64,000 nt of DNA. Origin: Balanoglossus misakiensis (taxonomy: Eukaryota > Animalia > Hemichordata). Location: assembly GCA_040954595.2 (NCBI GenBank), contig CM082593.2:6851579-6915578 (forward strand), given 5' to 3'. The notes under the pieces are model-generated. The model made no database searches. It was not told the origin of the DNA and was given only the letters and a program-made list of their open reading frames with translations. Shown piece after piece: positions 28,394 through 43,531 of the stretch (position 1 is the first letter of the stretch; every line of letters begins with the position of its first letter). Made by a program: the position numbers and the translations under genes.

Positions 28394-31300
28394 ATAGGGG
28401 GAAATTTTAGAATCAGCCGACGATTTTGATACTCTTGGAAAAAAATCTGCTCAGAATTTTAGTGTGTTGAGAAATTTTAAGAGACATAGCAAACAAACCA
28501 CTACCCAGAAGATATTGTTTTACTTGTTCCGAAGGCCCAGACTAGAAAAAGTGGCAAATATAGGTCTTTTACTTGTAGATATCATCGTAACATCGCAACA
28601 TAACATTATACTCTGTTGCTCTGTAAACTATTCATGTTTGCATCATTCATAGTCGTGCGTTTGGACACTTTTCCATTTTGTGTCCCCCCCAGGGCCCAGG
28701 ACCACAGTCTGTATATTTGTTTTATCTTTCAGAAGGGGTAGTGTTTCTTAAAAAAAAGTGATTCAAAGACTCAATCATTTTCTACTTCTAGAAAGTTCAA
28801 AGTAAACGAAAGAAGAGATATAAAGAAAATATAAAAAAGATGTATCTAATTTTAATACAATGGCTGGTTCAGAGCAGTGTTACCAGCTTTGGCTCTTCAC
28901 AATGTAGAAAATATTTCAAATGTTTTTTTGGACAGTTGAATAGGTGTAGTTGGCTGTTCCTCTTGTTGGAAATATTCTGATACGATCTCAGAAATTGTGT
29001 TTTCTTCCATTTTTCCCCCCGTAGCATGCTTATATAGAACAGCCTGTGTTAATTCTATCTTCTGTTCAAATTTGTAAAGTTGTTTATATTATGTCTTTGT
29101 CTGCGTTGTGTAAGATGTATACAGCTTGTCTATTATTATCAAATGTTCTGTAAAAGTCGGGTTCTGGTAGGTTTTACAGGGTTGGGTTGGGACGCCCTAT
29201 TTTTGTCAATTCCAGAGGGGTGTGTTTATTATGAGAAATTGAGGGATGGTTTGAAAACTGTCATATCTGAGTAAAATGTATTTTATTTCTGGCTTTTGCC
29301 TAAGTATTTGATCCTTTTTAACAATGTGTTGAAAAAAGGTCTTGTTATGTTTCCATGGTATTTTTCATCGAAACTTGATAGATTGTGTAATTGTGGGTTG
29401 AAAAATACCAGTCTCCAACCCTTCTCTTGTAAAATGGAATGCATAATGAAACAGAAATTCATCAGGAAATGTCCTCTAGTGTTGTTGGGTTAAGATTACC
29501 CACAATGCAATTCAACATCCTCTAATATGACCCCTTAGCATGGAGTAAAAAGCTATTCTAAAGTATTGACAATACTTGTAGAATGGGGCAAAATTGACTC
29601 AGTCTGTTTCAAATATCTGACGGAAACATTTTGAAGATGAAACCTCTCATAACATATTTTGTTAAGTTTCAATGAGAAGTATGGAAACAAATCAAGATTG
29701 TTGAACTATCAATGTTCAACGGACATGAACTTAAACCCAAATATCAGTACCTGAAATGTATGCTTTTATGTAGAGAATTTCAGTTTAACTTTAACTGACT
29801 TGGATATATTTCTTATTTTTAAAGGTACTATGATTGAACTCTGGCTTTACCAGACTGCAGAAATTATCATAATGTACATGTACTCTAAAAAGTCCCTGAT
29901 AGAAAAGTTCAACATCATGAACAACCCTGGTCAGGGATATGGAAACCATGACGATGTGTTAAAAGGGCAAAGGTCAGTGATACCAAGTAGGATTAAGGTC
30001 CTTAGTTATTAACCAATCAAAATGCATGAAATTTGCATTTTTGTTAATGTTTCAAGATTTAATTTTCATCACTGTGAAAGATAGTTTCTGCAGTCTGGTA
30101 AAATGAGATGAAAAATTATAAAAAAAGATGTTTATTTATTTTTATTTCAAATAGCTTGTAAAATACTGATATGTATCTTTTCTTGTATTTGTTTGTTAAA
30201 AAAAAAATAATGCTGTGCTTCCTTTGGAGCTGAATTCATGGTCATGGTTTAGTCTAGAATTGCAGCCAATCACAGTAAGTTAACCCTTGATTGACATGTG
30301 TCAAAGGTGACTGAAAACCAATCGAAAGTACAGATTCCTGTACAGTGTGTGATTGACATGTGTCAAGTGGGTGGAGCAAACAACAGGGTTAGTGAGGTTC
30401 AAGAAAAGTGTACTTTGAATCTTCTGGATAATTCATCAGTTGCTCAAACTATCAATGGTATAGTTGTCATGGAAATGTAATGTAGCACTTTTGAGCTGGA
30501 ATATATCAGCGATATTCTCAAAAGGATAATGATCAGTCATTGTGTCATGTCATCCCCTGTTTCTGTGCACGTGGAATCCAAAATACTCAAATGAAATGAT
30601 AGGGTCAAATACCAAATGCTGGTAGTTAAAAAGTAGTTTCGATGGACAATCTCCCCCAAATCTCCCATCATTATGTTTCTACACACAAAGAGCAAAATGT
30701 TTTCATTGTTTTGGTTAACTTCCAACTGTTGCAAATCTAGTTATAGTTAAAGTAATTGAATTAGTTAGTACCCTTTGGGTTGTGTTATGAATTATGATAA
30801 AAAATGCCAAAACAGTTGCAGATTTTAAAAACATGAGCCAACTGAACGACGAAAAAGTAAAAAAAAAGTGCAAAAATATAAAAAGGCCATTCATCTATTG
30901 ATATGTTGATTTTTAAATATTTTGTTGATGGTTGTCTGAATTAATTTTCTTGTCGTACGTGTGATATTGTAATTAGTTGAATTATGAAAAAGTCACCTGA
31001 CGAAAAGCATGCTGGGACTTTCATACTCTGCGTCTGTATATTGCACTGAAAAAAATTCCTCTGATGTAAACCATCCACCCCCGTAATCTGTGTAAAATGG
31101 ACATTCCCACCTGTCAAAACCAATCAGGACTGCACCAAAATTACAAGGATTATGGGGGAGGTAGGTCGGTGATAAACAGGAGCACGCTTGTGAATTTGAA
31201 ACCAAAATCCCCGTGAATTCTGAGCTTGCAAGTAGATGGACATAGATTTAAAAAATTCAGATGTAGGTTCTGTCAAGCCAGAAATGTTGGATTGTTTTTT

Positions 31301-33314
31301 TTTTTTGATTTATTTATGAATATCTTCACATCTTTCTCTCTCTCCCTCTTTGAAGTTTATGAATTATTTATACACACTGTTAGGCATCGTAGCAGATGCT
31401 GACAATAAATGTGAAATTTGTAACAAAATAAACTTGTGCTGTGAATTATTCCTTCAAACCCTAGGGACCCGTTTGACTTTCTTGTATGTCTCTGATGGAA
31501 CTACAATGCTGGTCAAACTCTAACACAGGTGGCGCCCTATCTGTAATGACTATTTTTGTTCCGAGTATCAATCATGATTGTTTGTTGGGCTCCCTGAAAA
31601 ACAAAATATTCACACACATTCTGTATTTTTATAAAAATTTCAATATATATTTATTTCTCATTTTGAGTTGCATTTCATCATTGCATTCGTCTTCAAATTA
31701 ACAAATTACATCAATCACAAAATTACAAAAAAATACACATCATGGAAGATGTTTCATGAAAAAACAAGATCTTAATAAGTAAATCATATTAAGATTGTCC
31801 AGTTTAGAAAAAGTACACATCAACCGTCGATCACTGAAAAATTTCACTGTATCATATATTATCCAACATGGGAATATCTGTTGTTTTGTCATATTTGAGG
31901 CTAAATATCGTGATTATGGATGTTAATGTACACACACTACAATAGTAATTATTGTCATGATATATATTTCGTTAATAAACAACAACCAAGACCTAGCGTA
32001 TTACACCAATCTATTACATAATAGCTACTCCAAGCAAAACCCATGCTTTTTATATATTGACTATATAAAAAATAAAACTAGTGAGTTAATTGTTATACTC
32101 AAAAGGCATATGTAGAATATGTTTTGTTTCAGTAATTCGTGGAAAGAAACGAATTTCAGATCATCAACCATTTGCATTAGAAATTTGAAATTCCCATATT
32201 CAGATTCGTTTTCAGATTCATAGCACCAACTTCAGCGATCTGAATCTGATGCCAATGTGGCAAGTCAGACATGGCCGCCATATTTCCCACACCTATTAGT
32301 TATAAATGACAGCAGAATTCCCAGTTTATAAATACAGCACCTACACCACATAAATATTTCAAGGATAATACTGGTTCCTGAACAGTACAGGTAAGTGATT
32401 TCATGAGAATTTCATTTAGTATTGCATCACTTTGTATAAATACCACTACAACAACAATTACAGTATTAGAAAATGATAAGAATAAGCAACATGCATGTGT
32501 ATTACATAAACATAAATACAAGAATAACTGTACACCTTTACAATATGGCTTGTATGGAAGGATGTATCTTCAAAAAGACCACTTTTCTTGGGATTACATG
32601 ATGTGGGTGATTCAAACACAGCGTGGACTGGAGATACCAGTATCTTGGAGTCTTGGATGCAGAACCATTCTCAGTGGTATGAGATTGGACTCTCAATAAA
32701 AACGATACAAAATCTAATGTTGAAAACTGAACTTACGGGTTGGTTGTTTTTGATTTCAGAGATGCTAATGGTGATATATGTAAAAATGTTGTGACTTTCA
32801 TATTCAACTTTTATCAGGGCTGCTCTTTTGATTACGATCAAACAATAATTAGCATATTGAGCAGTTACAATAGACTTTTGTGGTATAGTTTACTCAAAAT
32901 TTCTCAGCAAAAATATCAACAATCCATACAAGGATGAATGTTAAATGGCTCAATCCTTAAAATCAAATAAAATTTGGTCGCATTCATAAATACTGATCAG
33001 GAGTCACTATATATACTTTTATACATGTATACACAAAAATATTCACATTCTTTGAATCGTTTGGTCTTACAGGTCTTAAAAAGAGCCTGTTCATTTTAAG
33101 TAGCTAAGAGTATACCAAGTACTCCGAAAAATGTCTCAGGCAAAACAGCTTCAGTGAAATGCTTGCAAAATTCAAGTGCGGGGGGTTTGTGAGAGCACTT
33201 TTCATTAATGTACAAATGCATGAATGGAAAAATTTGACCGTAGGACGTTTTTTTCTAATATTTATCAAACTTGTGCCCATATTCACATAAATACCTGGTT
33301 GTGATTTGCAATTA

Positions 33315-36300
33315 CTAGAAGCTGACTTTACCAGTATATTTCTCGATGAGACTGTTGGCATAGTCTTCCTGTTCCCGGGTCAAATTGACATTGCGGAATT
33401 TATCCAGGAGTAGGCTTCCGGTGTCGCCGACTTCAATCCGGGAAAGGGAAACGTCCGGCAGAGGAATTGTTTCCTGTGAATTGGCCGAGTTGCCGGTGTT
33501 TGAGATAGTTGTTTTTTCCGGTTTGCTTGGGTCAACATCACCGTTGCTCGTCAAAGTCGCGTGGTTAGATCTCGGTGCCGTGCTCGTGAGGCCGGAGGTC
33601 AAGTCGGACTCCCTAAGCTTGGAATATGTAGAATCATCATACTTGGAACTGTCGTATTTGGAGCCGTCGTACTTTGAGGTGGTAGCAAAACTGGAATCGA
33701 ATTTCGGAGTTGAGGCGTAGTTTGCCTCGCCGACCTTTGACCCGAGAGTCAGATCGCCGAGTTTCGAATCAGAGGCGTAACTCGAATCTTCATATTTGGT
33801 GCTAGGGGGTACTTTCACGCCATCGTCGTTTAGACGCAGCAGAGGAACGACAGGTTGGTAGGAATTTCTGGCTTTCACTTGAGGAGAGTGCTGCAGCTCA
33901 CTCATGCTCAGTGGACCAACGCTGGAGATTTCTGACGCTTTACTTGGAGACTCTGGATTAACGTGACTCCTCGGAAGATACGAATATGCGTCACCGCCGT
34001 TCATCTCTAGGGGGCCGTTCACCTTCGGTTCCGACTGCTGATGGGATTTTTGCGGTGATCTAGGTGGACGGGTGCTGTAATTCTTCCCTGCCATATCACT
34101 TCTTCTTTCAGGAATCTTAACATCTTGAATCTCGTTCAGCGGTTTGGAATCGTATTTGGACGAATAACTGGAATACGTATTTGTTACAGGAGCGCTATAC
34201 GTCTCGCCGGGCAAATATCCGTACTTGACTCTTCCAGATATCTCTGTCTGTTGTGATTGTTTCTCAGGAGGTGAATATCCCAAACTCTCGTATTTTGTGC
34301 TGCCTGTTGTTGTTTTTGGCTGAGATGAGTATGGTTGGTAGCCATAGTTACTGCCGTATCTTGGATCAGAGGCGTAGGTTTTCGCTGTGGTCTGAGTTGT
34401 AGGAGTTGAGTAGGTGGTGTCTGTCGTGTGACTTTTCAGAGGCGAAGAGGTTGTCACTGGAGTGTACGTAGGTCGGGTGTAGGTTCTCGCTGCGGTCGAA
34501 CTTGGTGTCTTTCCGTAGGTCGAACCGGTCTGGAATTTGCTCGAACCATGGTATCCTGTGCTGGGGTACGAAGATGAAGAATATGGCTTTGCCCCGGCGT
34601 AGCTTGTGGCTGGTGTGTACGTTCCAGCGGTGTACGGTTTTGTCGTTGATGAGCCTGCAGACGAAACAGCGGAGCTTGTCGTAGGAGCGTGGCCTCTTGA
34701 CGAGGCGTAGGCAGGTCTGTACTTTCTATCGCTTTTCGCGGCAGCGGTATCCCTGCTTGTGGGTGGTACGACTGTCGATGCGGGGACTGACTTCTCCTGC
34801 CTGGACTTAGGCACAACCGTATTCGGAAGTTTACCGTAGGCAACGTCAGCGTAATCGTCGTGGCGACCGAACTGGGTGTAGCTTTCAGTCGGGTCTGGCT
34901 CGTCGGGTATTGGTAGCTTGCCATAGACTACGTTGCGCAGACTCAGGTAGCCTATCTCTGTATATTCTGAGTCGGGTCTCGCCTCCTCCTCCTCTTTCAA
35001 CCAACTCTCAACTTCTCTTCGCTTCATGCTGCGGTCGGTGCCGGTCCCTGTGAACTCGTTGACGAAATCCTCCGCTCGGAAACTCCTTTCCGATAACCCA
35101 TCTGACGCGGCGTCATCGAAGGAATCAATATTTCCACCGAGATCTGTTTTTCCACCATGGCCATCTCCTTCCGTTGTCCTTGACGTTTCCCGTTTCCCTC
35201 TTCCCGGTGATTCTTTCCATCGTCCTGCGGACTGCTTCCCCCGGCTTCTGTCTCCGGAGCCCTCTCGCCGACTGGCCACAGTACCATCAGACCTTCCAGC
35301 AGAATAATCTCTCTGTTGCCTCGGTAACGACCCGCGACCCGCAACATCTTCTGTGCTTCTAGTGGCTGGAGACGGACTCTTCATCCTCAAAGTTGGATCA
35401 GTGGAAAAGTCGAGGGAGCGATATTTTGGTTCCCTAGGTAACGACCGGTGACCCCGCCCTGTTGGGACACGTCGATCTGCTGGTGATAAGCTTCTCGTTC
35501 GCAGTGAGTGCTGTTCTCCTCGTGGTGATCCTTGCGAGTAAAGATTTCGTCCCCTGAAGATAGAAGATTCTTGTGGCTTTGTGTCAAGGCCAACTGGTTC
35601 GCCAACAGTGTGCCTTCTTGTGTGACTGTCTCTCCCAATCGGTTTTTCTCTCTCTGAACTGAAATACTGAGGCCCCAGAAGCTGATCTTCACTTCTACCG
35701 CCTGCATCTACGGGATCTCTTCTTTTCGGTAGCGTTGCCAGGGAAACCGCATCATTCGCTTTGTGTTTCCTGTCAGTATTTAGGCCACCACTTCCGCTGA
35801 AATCTAAACTGGGAACGACTGGCGCATCATCTTTGGGTGCAGTGAAGAACTCATCTCTATCGCCAGGTTGCCTGGATACAGTCTCCCGGGGATACAGACT
35901 ACCGTTTTCACCGCTTCTCGTGTACTTGTCTCTGTACGACGATGACGATTCCATTATCGATTGAGTGACTCTGTAGTTCCGCAGCTCCTGCTTCAAAATT
36001 TCCCGGTCTTCCTCCGCCAGCTGTAGTTTCTCCTTCAGCACGGCCAGGTCTCGTTGCAGTTTCCGCGGCGACGAATCCGTCCCCAAGAGCGCCCTCAACT
36101 CCTCCAACTCGCCCGTCAGCTTGTTGTTCTTCTCCTCGGCCTCGACGAGCGCCGACTGCAGATGCTCGATCTTGGACTTCAGAGATTCCATTTCCACTTT
36201 GTTTGTCTCCGCCGCCATTTGGGCTAACTTCAGCTCCTGTTCCACCTTCTGGCTCTCCTCCTTGGTGGTCTTCAGATCCTCGAAGGTCTGGTTCAGCTTG

Positions 36301-39300
36301 GCCGTCATGTCCGAGTTCGTCACGTCCAGCTTGTTCCGCAGGATCTCGCCCTCGAACTTGGCGCTGGCGAGGTGCTGCTTGAGCTCCCGCACGTCCGTGG
36401 TGTCCGGGAGTCCCTCTATGTGGAGGATTTCCTCGGCGATGTCTCCGTTGGGGGTTCCTTTCCGGAAGCGATCCAGGAGAGGGCTCGACTGTTTGGGAGA
36501 GCCGTCTTCGACCCCCGAACTCTCGTCGTGGACCTCCTTCAATCTCTCCTTGAACTTCAACGCGAAGTTATCTGATTTCAAGTTGTCCACCTCCATCTGC
36601 AGTTTCTCGGCGGTCCGCTGGAGTTGTTCCACGGTCTTCCTCTCCTGCGCAGTCGCGCTCTTCGCGGTGGCCGTCTCGCGGAACAGCCGCCGATTCTCCG
36701 ACCGCAGCATCTCCAGCTCCTGCACCAGTTTGCCGATGACCTTCTCCTCTTGGGTGGCCCTCCCCGGCCTCGTGCTCTCCTCCAACTGAAACTGAAGGCT
36801 GCGTTCTCGTTTCCGCGCCTCGGCTAGTTCGTCGCGCAGCTCATTACACTCCTGGCCTATGGCTTCCAGCACGTCCAGAAGTTCATCGCCGCTTCCGCTC
36901 GCGCTCCGTCGCTTCAACGCCGGTGACAGTCTTTCCTGACTCCCCACCCTCTTGATCTTCTCCTGTTTCTTTTCCGGCTGTTTCACCTCACACGCGTCCA
37001 CAGCCAGCAGTGTTTCTACCAGCTGTTTTCTGGCTTCATTCAACCCTGCCAAGAAGAATAAAAAGGCAAATTCATATACTTAAATATTCCCCTACAGATA
37101 CAAAAAAAATCAAGATAAAGACTGCCACATTTTTCATCCTTAAAGGTATACGGTCACCCATGCAAATTTAGCTACAGTTACCATGGCAAACTGAGATCTA
37201 GCCAATCACAGATTTTCAGTGGGTGGCACACGCGAAAAAAAGAGCGCCACCATACGTTCTTTAGAACACTCAGATATGCCATTTTTGCCATTTATGGACA
37301 TATGTAAATTGGTGGTGACTGTGTACCTTTAAATCATGACAATTAGCTTTTACACAAATAGTTTCCATCAGATTTAAAGGCAGAGAGCTAGTCAACGTGA
37401 AGCCAGCTCTGTGACCTTTGACCTGGCCAGGAATGCTCCCCAGGCATCGCCATAGAAACCCAAACAATACACCAGAAGTGCCACATTCATCATTCCTGAT
37501 GCTTGACCTCTGAACTCCGGTCTTTGAGGTGGCTTGGCAGTGACCAACAAGTTTCCACTTGCTGACTTGAAGTGGTTGCCATGACAATTGATAAAACTGA
37601 GTAAAACGCAACACAACAACCACCCATGACATCAAACACTAAACTTTATTCTGTGTTAACAAAGATCTTCAAAATGGACTCCGTGGTCATGAAAGAAATG
37701 TGTAATTGAACGGTCACAAATTTCAAACACAGTAATTTCCTTCAGAAACACTCAATATTGACTCACTGGACAGATGGACGTTACTTTATGACCTCCACAA
37801 AAAATAATAATCAATAGTTTATCGTATTGCAGTAAATTATTAAACTGACACGTATTTACGTTTCAATGACCTGCCTAATCTGAAAATATCTGACTTCAGC
37901 AAAAATGTTGCTTCGGGAATTTTCACCACTCTAGCGAAAATAAGTGAATTCATTACAGCTCGGAAACCCAATTTGAGAAAGTTATTGCCCATTACCGACC
38001 CACCTCTTTCATTTGCATAATAGTAACCCCACGTGACAGAAATATCGCGACTGTCACTGGACAGAACACAAGACACGCTGGAGTCAGCTATGTTGTAAAA
38101 AAAAATCACACGAGTATGTCCGATACCTTCATTCCACGCACAATGGCGTATTGTCCCGAGGAAGCCATTGTATTGACGGGAGAAGAGGGAGACTGGAGAC
38201 GTTTTTGTTGTGGCACGTCTTTGTCAGGCTTTTGTTCGACGGCGGTTCTATTTTCACACCCCCAAGGTAGCCCCCATTGAGTCTAAAATTTCATTAAACA
38301 GATTAATTCTCCGAAGAATCAACTCTGGCCCTTCCAGCGACTAATCGTGTGTTGAATTAACTTTGCGCAAATCTTCACGACTGCCCTTTTTGCCAGATTT
38401 TTTCTGTGGTTTTATTTTCATTCCTTCAGATTTCAGGTACAAAGTTTCAGTAACTCACAATTTCACATAAAAATTTTAGGAGGACAAACCTACCATGTGT
38501 GATTCTTTACCTTTTGAAGATTCTTTTCCGAGTGAAAAGCACACATGGCTTGTTTATACCCTTCAAATGACTCAAGACCTCGTTTTTTTTCTCAAAGTTA
38601 TACAGCACAACAATAAAAGCCAAATGACAGGATTATGCTCAGTACTCTGTCAGACTCAACAGAAATAATCTCAGCCATTACCTTTTTTGCCAATTTTCCC
38701 AAAATAGAAAGTTTTTTACACCTCGTGTATTGCAGTTCCGAATTTTGACCTTTTGTACCTCACAGCTGTTTTAGTTTACATTCATTTAAAAATATCTCAA
38801 AATATACTCTAAATATGAATATACTGCCCATTACGTTTGGTTTGAGGAATGTTCTATGTTAAAGTCATATTCACATACTTCTGAGAAAACAAAGCTGGTC
38901 AAAATTATGCTTGACCAACAAAAGATCAGGTGTGTGTAAGAAAAAAGTCATCGATCACACTTACCGTCATCAGACGACACAACTTCTTTTTCCTTCTGAC
39001 TCTGAGCAATTCCGGGTGAACCGCGTCTCAACGACTCACTTCCTTCCTGAGGTGGCGATGCTCCCAGATCCGTATCTGAATCTTGGAGTGTATTTTCACT
39101 GATTGATGTCAAACTTGTATTGGTTGTGTTCCCGTTCTCCACTGCCTGCAAAGAAATATTTGACAAATTTCAAGAAAGGTTCTGCATCTGTTAAAAATGT
39201 ACCAAAAACGGAGAAAAATTCTAATCGTGAGCTATCTACATGTATCTACCTACCAAATTTGATTCACAATTTACGGGCTTGAGGTGCCGAGACCCTGTTC

Positions 39301-42300
39301 CCAGACAAGTCTGACTGACCTGTCCCAGTGCTCCGTGACAATTATTATACCAAAACAGGGTCCTTTAAACGGTGTGTAGTTAAGCAACAATGGGCACAAT
39401 ACCGATATCTGAAGCACTTGGCACCGCGCCAAACCTCGGACAGGACAGTCAAATTTGGTTATTCAACGCAGCTAATTATAGAGTAGAAATCACCCCTGTC
39501 ATGAAGTGATGGAACTTGTTTTTAGATTATAGCAGACTTTTGTTTCAATTTGGGACCAAAACAGTGGACAGGTTTTAGCTCGTTGTACCGAGGTGTCAAC
39601 AAAGCCTGTAACTTCATTCTCGCCAACCTACAAAAACACTCCCATGTCATTCACAAGTTTTTCCCCAAAGCTTTCACAGTTTCATGCACACCCCATTACA
39701 TGTATATTTCGATCCCATTTAACTTGAAGAATTTCTCTTTTCTCTGCCGACACAATTTTGACACAAATTCACCCAAGAGAATAAAACATCAAAAAACTCA
39801 AAAGATCAATCTGCACATCCTTTCATATAATGGTTTCAACCACCAACAGAAGAAGCACACACAGGGATATTCCAATATGTGAAAGACATAGGGATGTGAA
39901 GGACCAATTTGAGGGGCATACATACTGAATCATGTTGCTCTGCGTCTTCCTTTTTCATATCTTCCAAAGAATTGAGATATTCTTGAAGAGTCTGTAAAAA
40001 GTACAAAAATCTAATTATTTAATTTATATAATCTGGAAATGCGGTATATGTGTAATCAAATCAAATAACATAGTCATTTTGCTATTTTTTCAGGTTTACT
40101 TCATCGTTATGTGTGATGGAATTTCGCATCTACCCGTATAGTTGTCTTAGTTGGCTGGAGCAATGTCACCATAGCAACAACTCTGGCACAACTGCGTTAT
40201 GTGAAAGCATACCACAGGTTGTCACTGCACGACAGAACAGGTATGTAAAGTGACAGTAATGTCCGACAAAAATTTGAACCATCCCCTTTTATTTGCATTC
40301 ACATTTGCAAAGAATGTGACTGAGCTTTATGGTTATTTTGGTGAAATATCATGTTTCCTGTCTTTGTACTTCTATAAGAAAAGGATTTTCAAAATCTCAT
40401 TTTGAGAAAGTCTATATTATTGGCTGACAGTAAATCCGAGATTTTGGAAGCCATATTGGAATTTCAAATGTTGGTAAAAATTGGGACAATTCAGTCGGCA
40501 GATCAAAACTTTACATGGTGACCTTTTATTTTCAATTGTTTGAAGTAAGAAGTGAACAGTTAGGCGTCCTTGCGCACAGAATGAGAGAGTTTCAGACTAG
40601 TTTACGAGGTACACGACACGGTGAATGCACAGGTAGGCACTCCATGAAGCATTTACAAACAATCTGTGTAAATAGACATTGTCACCGTGCTGAAAGGCCA
40701 GTGACAAAGTAACAAATTACACAGAGTTGCGGGCCACAATGCGACCATTACGCCAAGTCAAACACAGCGTATTTTTAACAAACGACCCCCCCAAAAAATC
40801 CATATTGTTAACACTTTGGCATCGTGCCCACAAGCTTACATTTTTTGGTGGACAAATATGTAGGCCAGGTTTTTCTTGATATATTTGTCAAAATTACAGC
40901 ACACTATGTATTCATTAAAATAATATTCATGAAAAACAAATCGGTTTATGGAAGGTTTTCAGTTGTGAACTGGAAGGTAAATTAACATTCACAGGGTTTT
41001 TTGGAGAGAGAAGTATATTATATATTCGCAAGTAAGTCATCCAATCAGAAAGTGTGACAGTATTATGTGCAAAACTTAAGCCAATCAGAGAAGGGCTTTC
41101 TGCATGCAGATTATGTAAATTACTCACTTTGATGGCAGCCTCTGAGAGAGCTTGCTGCTCTAAGACCAGCCGCAGAACAGTGCTGCCACACACTGGATGG
41201 TGTGAGGGGTTAGTGATTCCAAAGATTGCAGTGTGCAATTTAGTGATTTAATGATTTGAATCATGTGATTGGTATTTCTATTTGATAGGGCAGGGAAAGG
41301 TGAGGGGGGTCACTTAAGGTCAATCTTTAATCGCGCACATTGGTGGTGTTAAAATAGAAATGTTAATAAGCTGTTCTAAGCTGTACACACATCCCACAGT
41401 TAATTAAAATGTTTAAAACTCCATGGACTTTTGAGCTCCCAAACAGGGGGTTTCCCTCCATTTTTTGTTTTTTCTTTATTTCCTTGTAGTCTAGTTTTGT
41501 AATTAGCAGGAAATGCCAGTATAAAATACAAAAGATTTGAAAACATATTTGATTCTCTATGTGATTGGCAGAATATGTCGTCCAAGAATTTCTGGTGAAT
41601 TAATCTACATATAGTGAGTACAGCTTGGAGCAGACATGCGAAACAGACATTCAAGCAAGATTTTGTGCAAAAGCCAAGCTTTAACTGTGAACATGATTGA
41701 ACAATGAAAAGAGCCATGTTCAAATAATGAAAAAAGCAAGATATCACTAATTTATAAATCAGCGATAAAAAAAAATCATAAATGTGATCTGCAAACTTAG
41801 TAAGTCAAATGTGGGATCATTACGCTGATAAATGCATCAAGTTGTGTCTGGTTTCATTTCATAATTCAATATGAGTTTATGAAACTAAAAGAATGGCTTT
41901 GTTAAACACACACACACACACAGTTAACTTCGTAAGAGGCAGTTAAATTGACCAGTGTTCCCTTTGGAATATTATTGCAGTCATGTGACTTCCCCAAAAG
42001 AATGCAACAGAAATTTTACTTGAACCATTCACCAATTATACCCAATCTTACAAGTGTTTCGTTTAGAACGAGATAACACAGAACAGATTGTGGGGTCCAT
42101 TATCCAAAGTACCAGAACAGAAGATTAGAATAGGGGCATTATGACAGTTCTATATTTATCCCATCACCACTGCACTTTGATTTAACCCCACTGTATTAAA
42201 TGATACCAAATGGCTTAGAACCTATTATGTATTGCTATTATCTGAACACAACACAAGACTGGACTATTAAATTCACAGGGAACTCAGTAATTTTGTTATT

Positions 42301-42324
42301 GTTATTGTTGTTGTTATTATTATT

Positions 42325-42381
<57 letters not shown>

Positions 42382-43474
42382 AAGATTGGTAATAAAATTT
42401 AAAAAAAAATCAATGTGTCATTTCTTGCTATGTTTGTCGATGTTGTAGATAACTGTAAAAAAAAAACCCAACCATAATCGTGTAAAACACGACCTAGGTC
42501 GCCGAATGTCACTACCGTCTTACATACAGGCAAGGGTGGAATCCACATGCCCTGATCTAGGCTCATGGGCCACCTTCAAGGCCCTGAAAAATCACCCCAT
42601 TCACCAGCGAGCGATTAAATTATGCCACCATAGGCATTGAAATTTATCTCACTGACCTAATTTGGGCTTCACTTCATCTATCGACCTGCAAACGAGTGGA
42701 AAAACGGCGATTTCCAAGTCGTACCCAGTCAAATTCAATCACATTTGAATGACGCGACCGGTGGTGATGGCTCCATTTCTCTGCCTATTTAAATTGACCA
42801 ATCGGGCGCCCTGTAAAGGCTGCCTCGGCCACCGCTCAACTCGTACGAGCAACACCCGGAAGTGTACGTTCTGACTATCGACTGCACTGTATTCAAGACG
42901 TAAAATGGTAGATTTTATGACAAAGTTGGGAAGTATCCATTTATCTGTATGACTCTTAAGGTTTCGCCTCCTTTTTTTCGCGTTATTTTGAACGCAGTTA
43001 CACGTACTCGTACGAGTTGAGCGGTGGCCGAGGCAGCCTTTACAGGGCGCCCGATTGGTCAATTTAAATAGGCAGAGAAATGGAGCCATCACCACCGGTC
43101 GCGTCATTCAAATGTGATTGAATTTGACTGGGTACGACTTGGAAATCGCCGTTTTTCCACTCGTTTGCAGGTCGATAGATGAAGTGAAGCCCAAATTAGG
43201 TCAGTGAGATAAATTTCAATGCCTATGGTGGCATAATTTAATCGCTCGCTGGTGAATGGGGTGATTTTTCAGGGCCTTGAAGGTGGCCCATGAGCCTAGA
43301 TCAGGGCATGTGGATTCCACCCTTGCCTGTATGTAAGACGGTAGTGACATTCGGCGACCTAGGTCGTGTTTTCCACGATTATGGTTGGTTTTTTTTTTTA
43401 CAGTTATCTACAACATCGACAAACATAGCAAGAAATGACACATTGATTTTTTTTTAAATGTTATTACCAATCTT

Positions 43475-43531
<57 letters not shown>

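Noticed and set aside
36121-36789. 222-aa plus-strand ORF, plus other antisense ORFs over ZSWIM8 exons (18599-19162, 26711-27347)
   Set aside because: Antisense shadows of GC-rich real exons, with no domain signal.
38128-38282. Open AG..GT segment as an extra exon of the CH gene
   Set aside because: It is open only in phase 0, whereas the flanking exons join in phase 1. The segments at 47276-47374 and 44457-44640 similarly hit stops or lack a donor.
42200-43107. Poly-Leu ORF and the 122-aa ORF across the foldback centre
   Set aside because: Translations of the (TTG)n tract and the palindromic arms; no THAP or transposase motifs.
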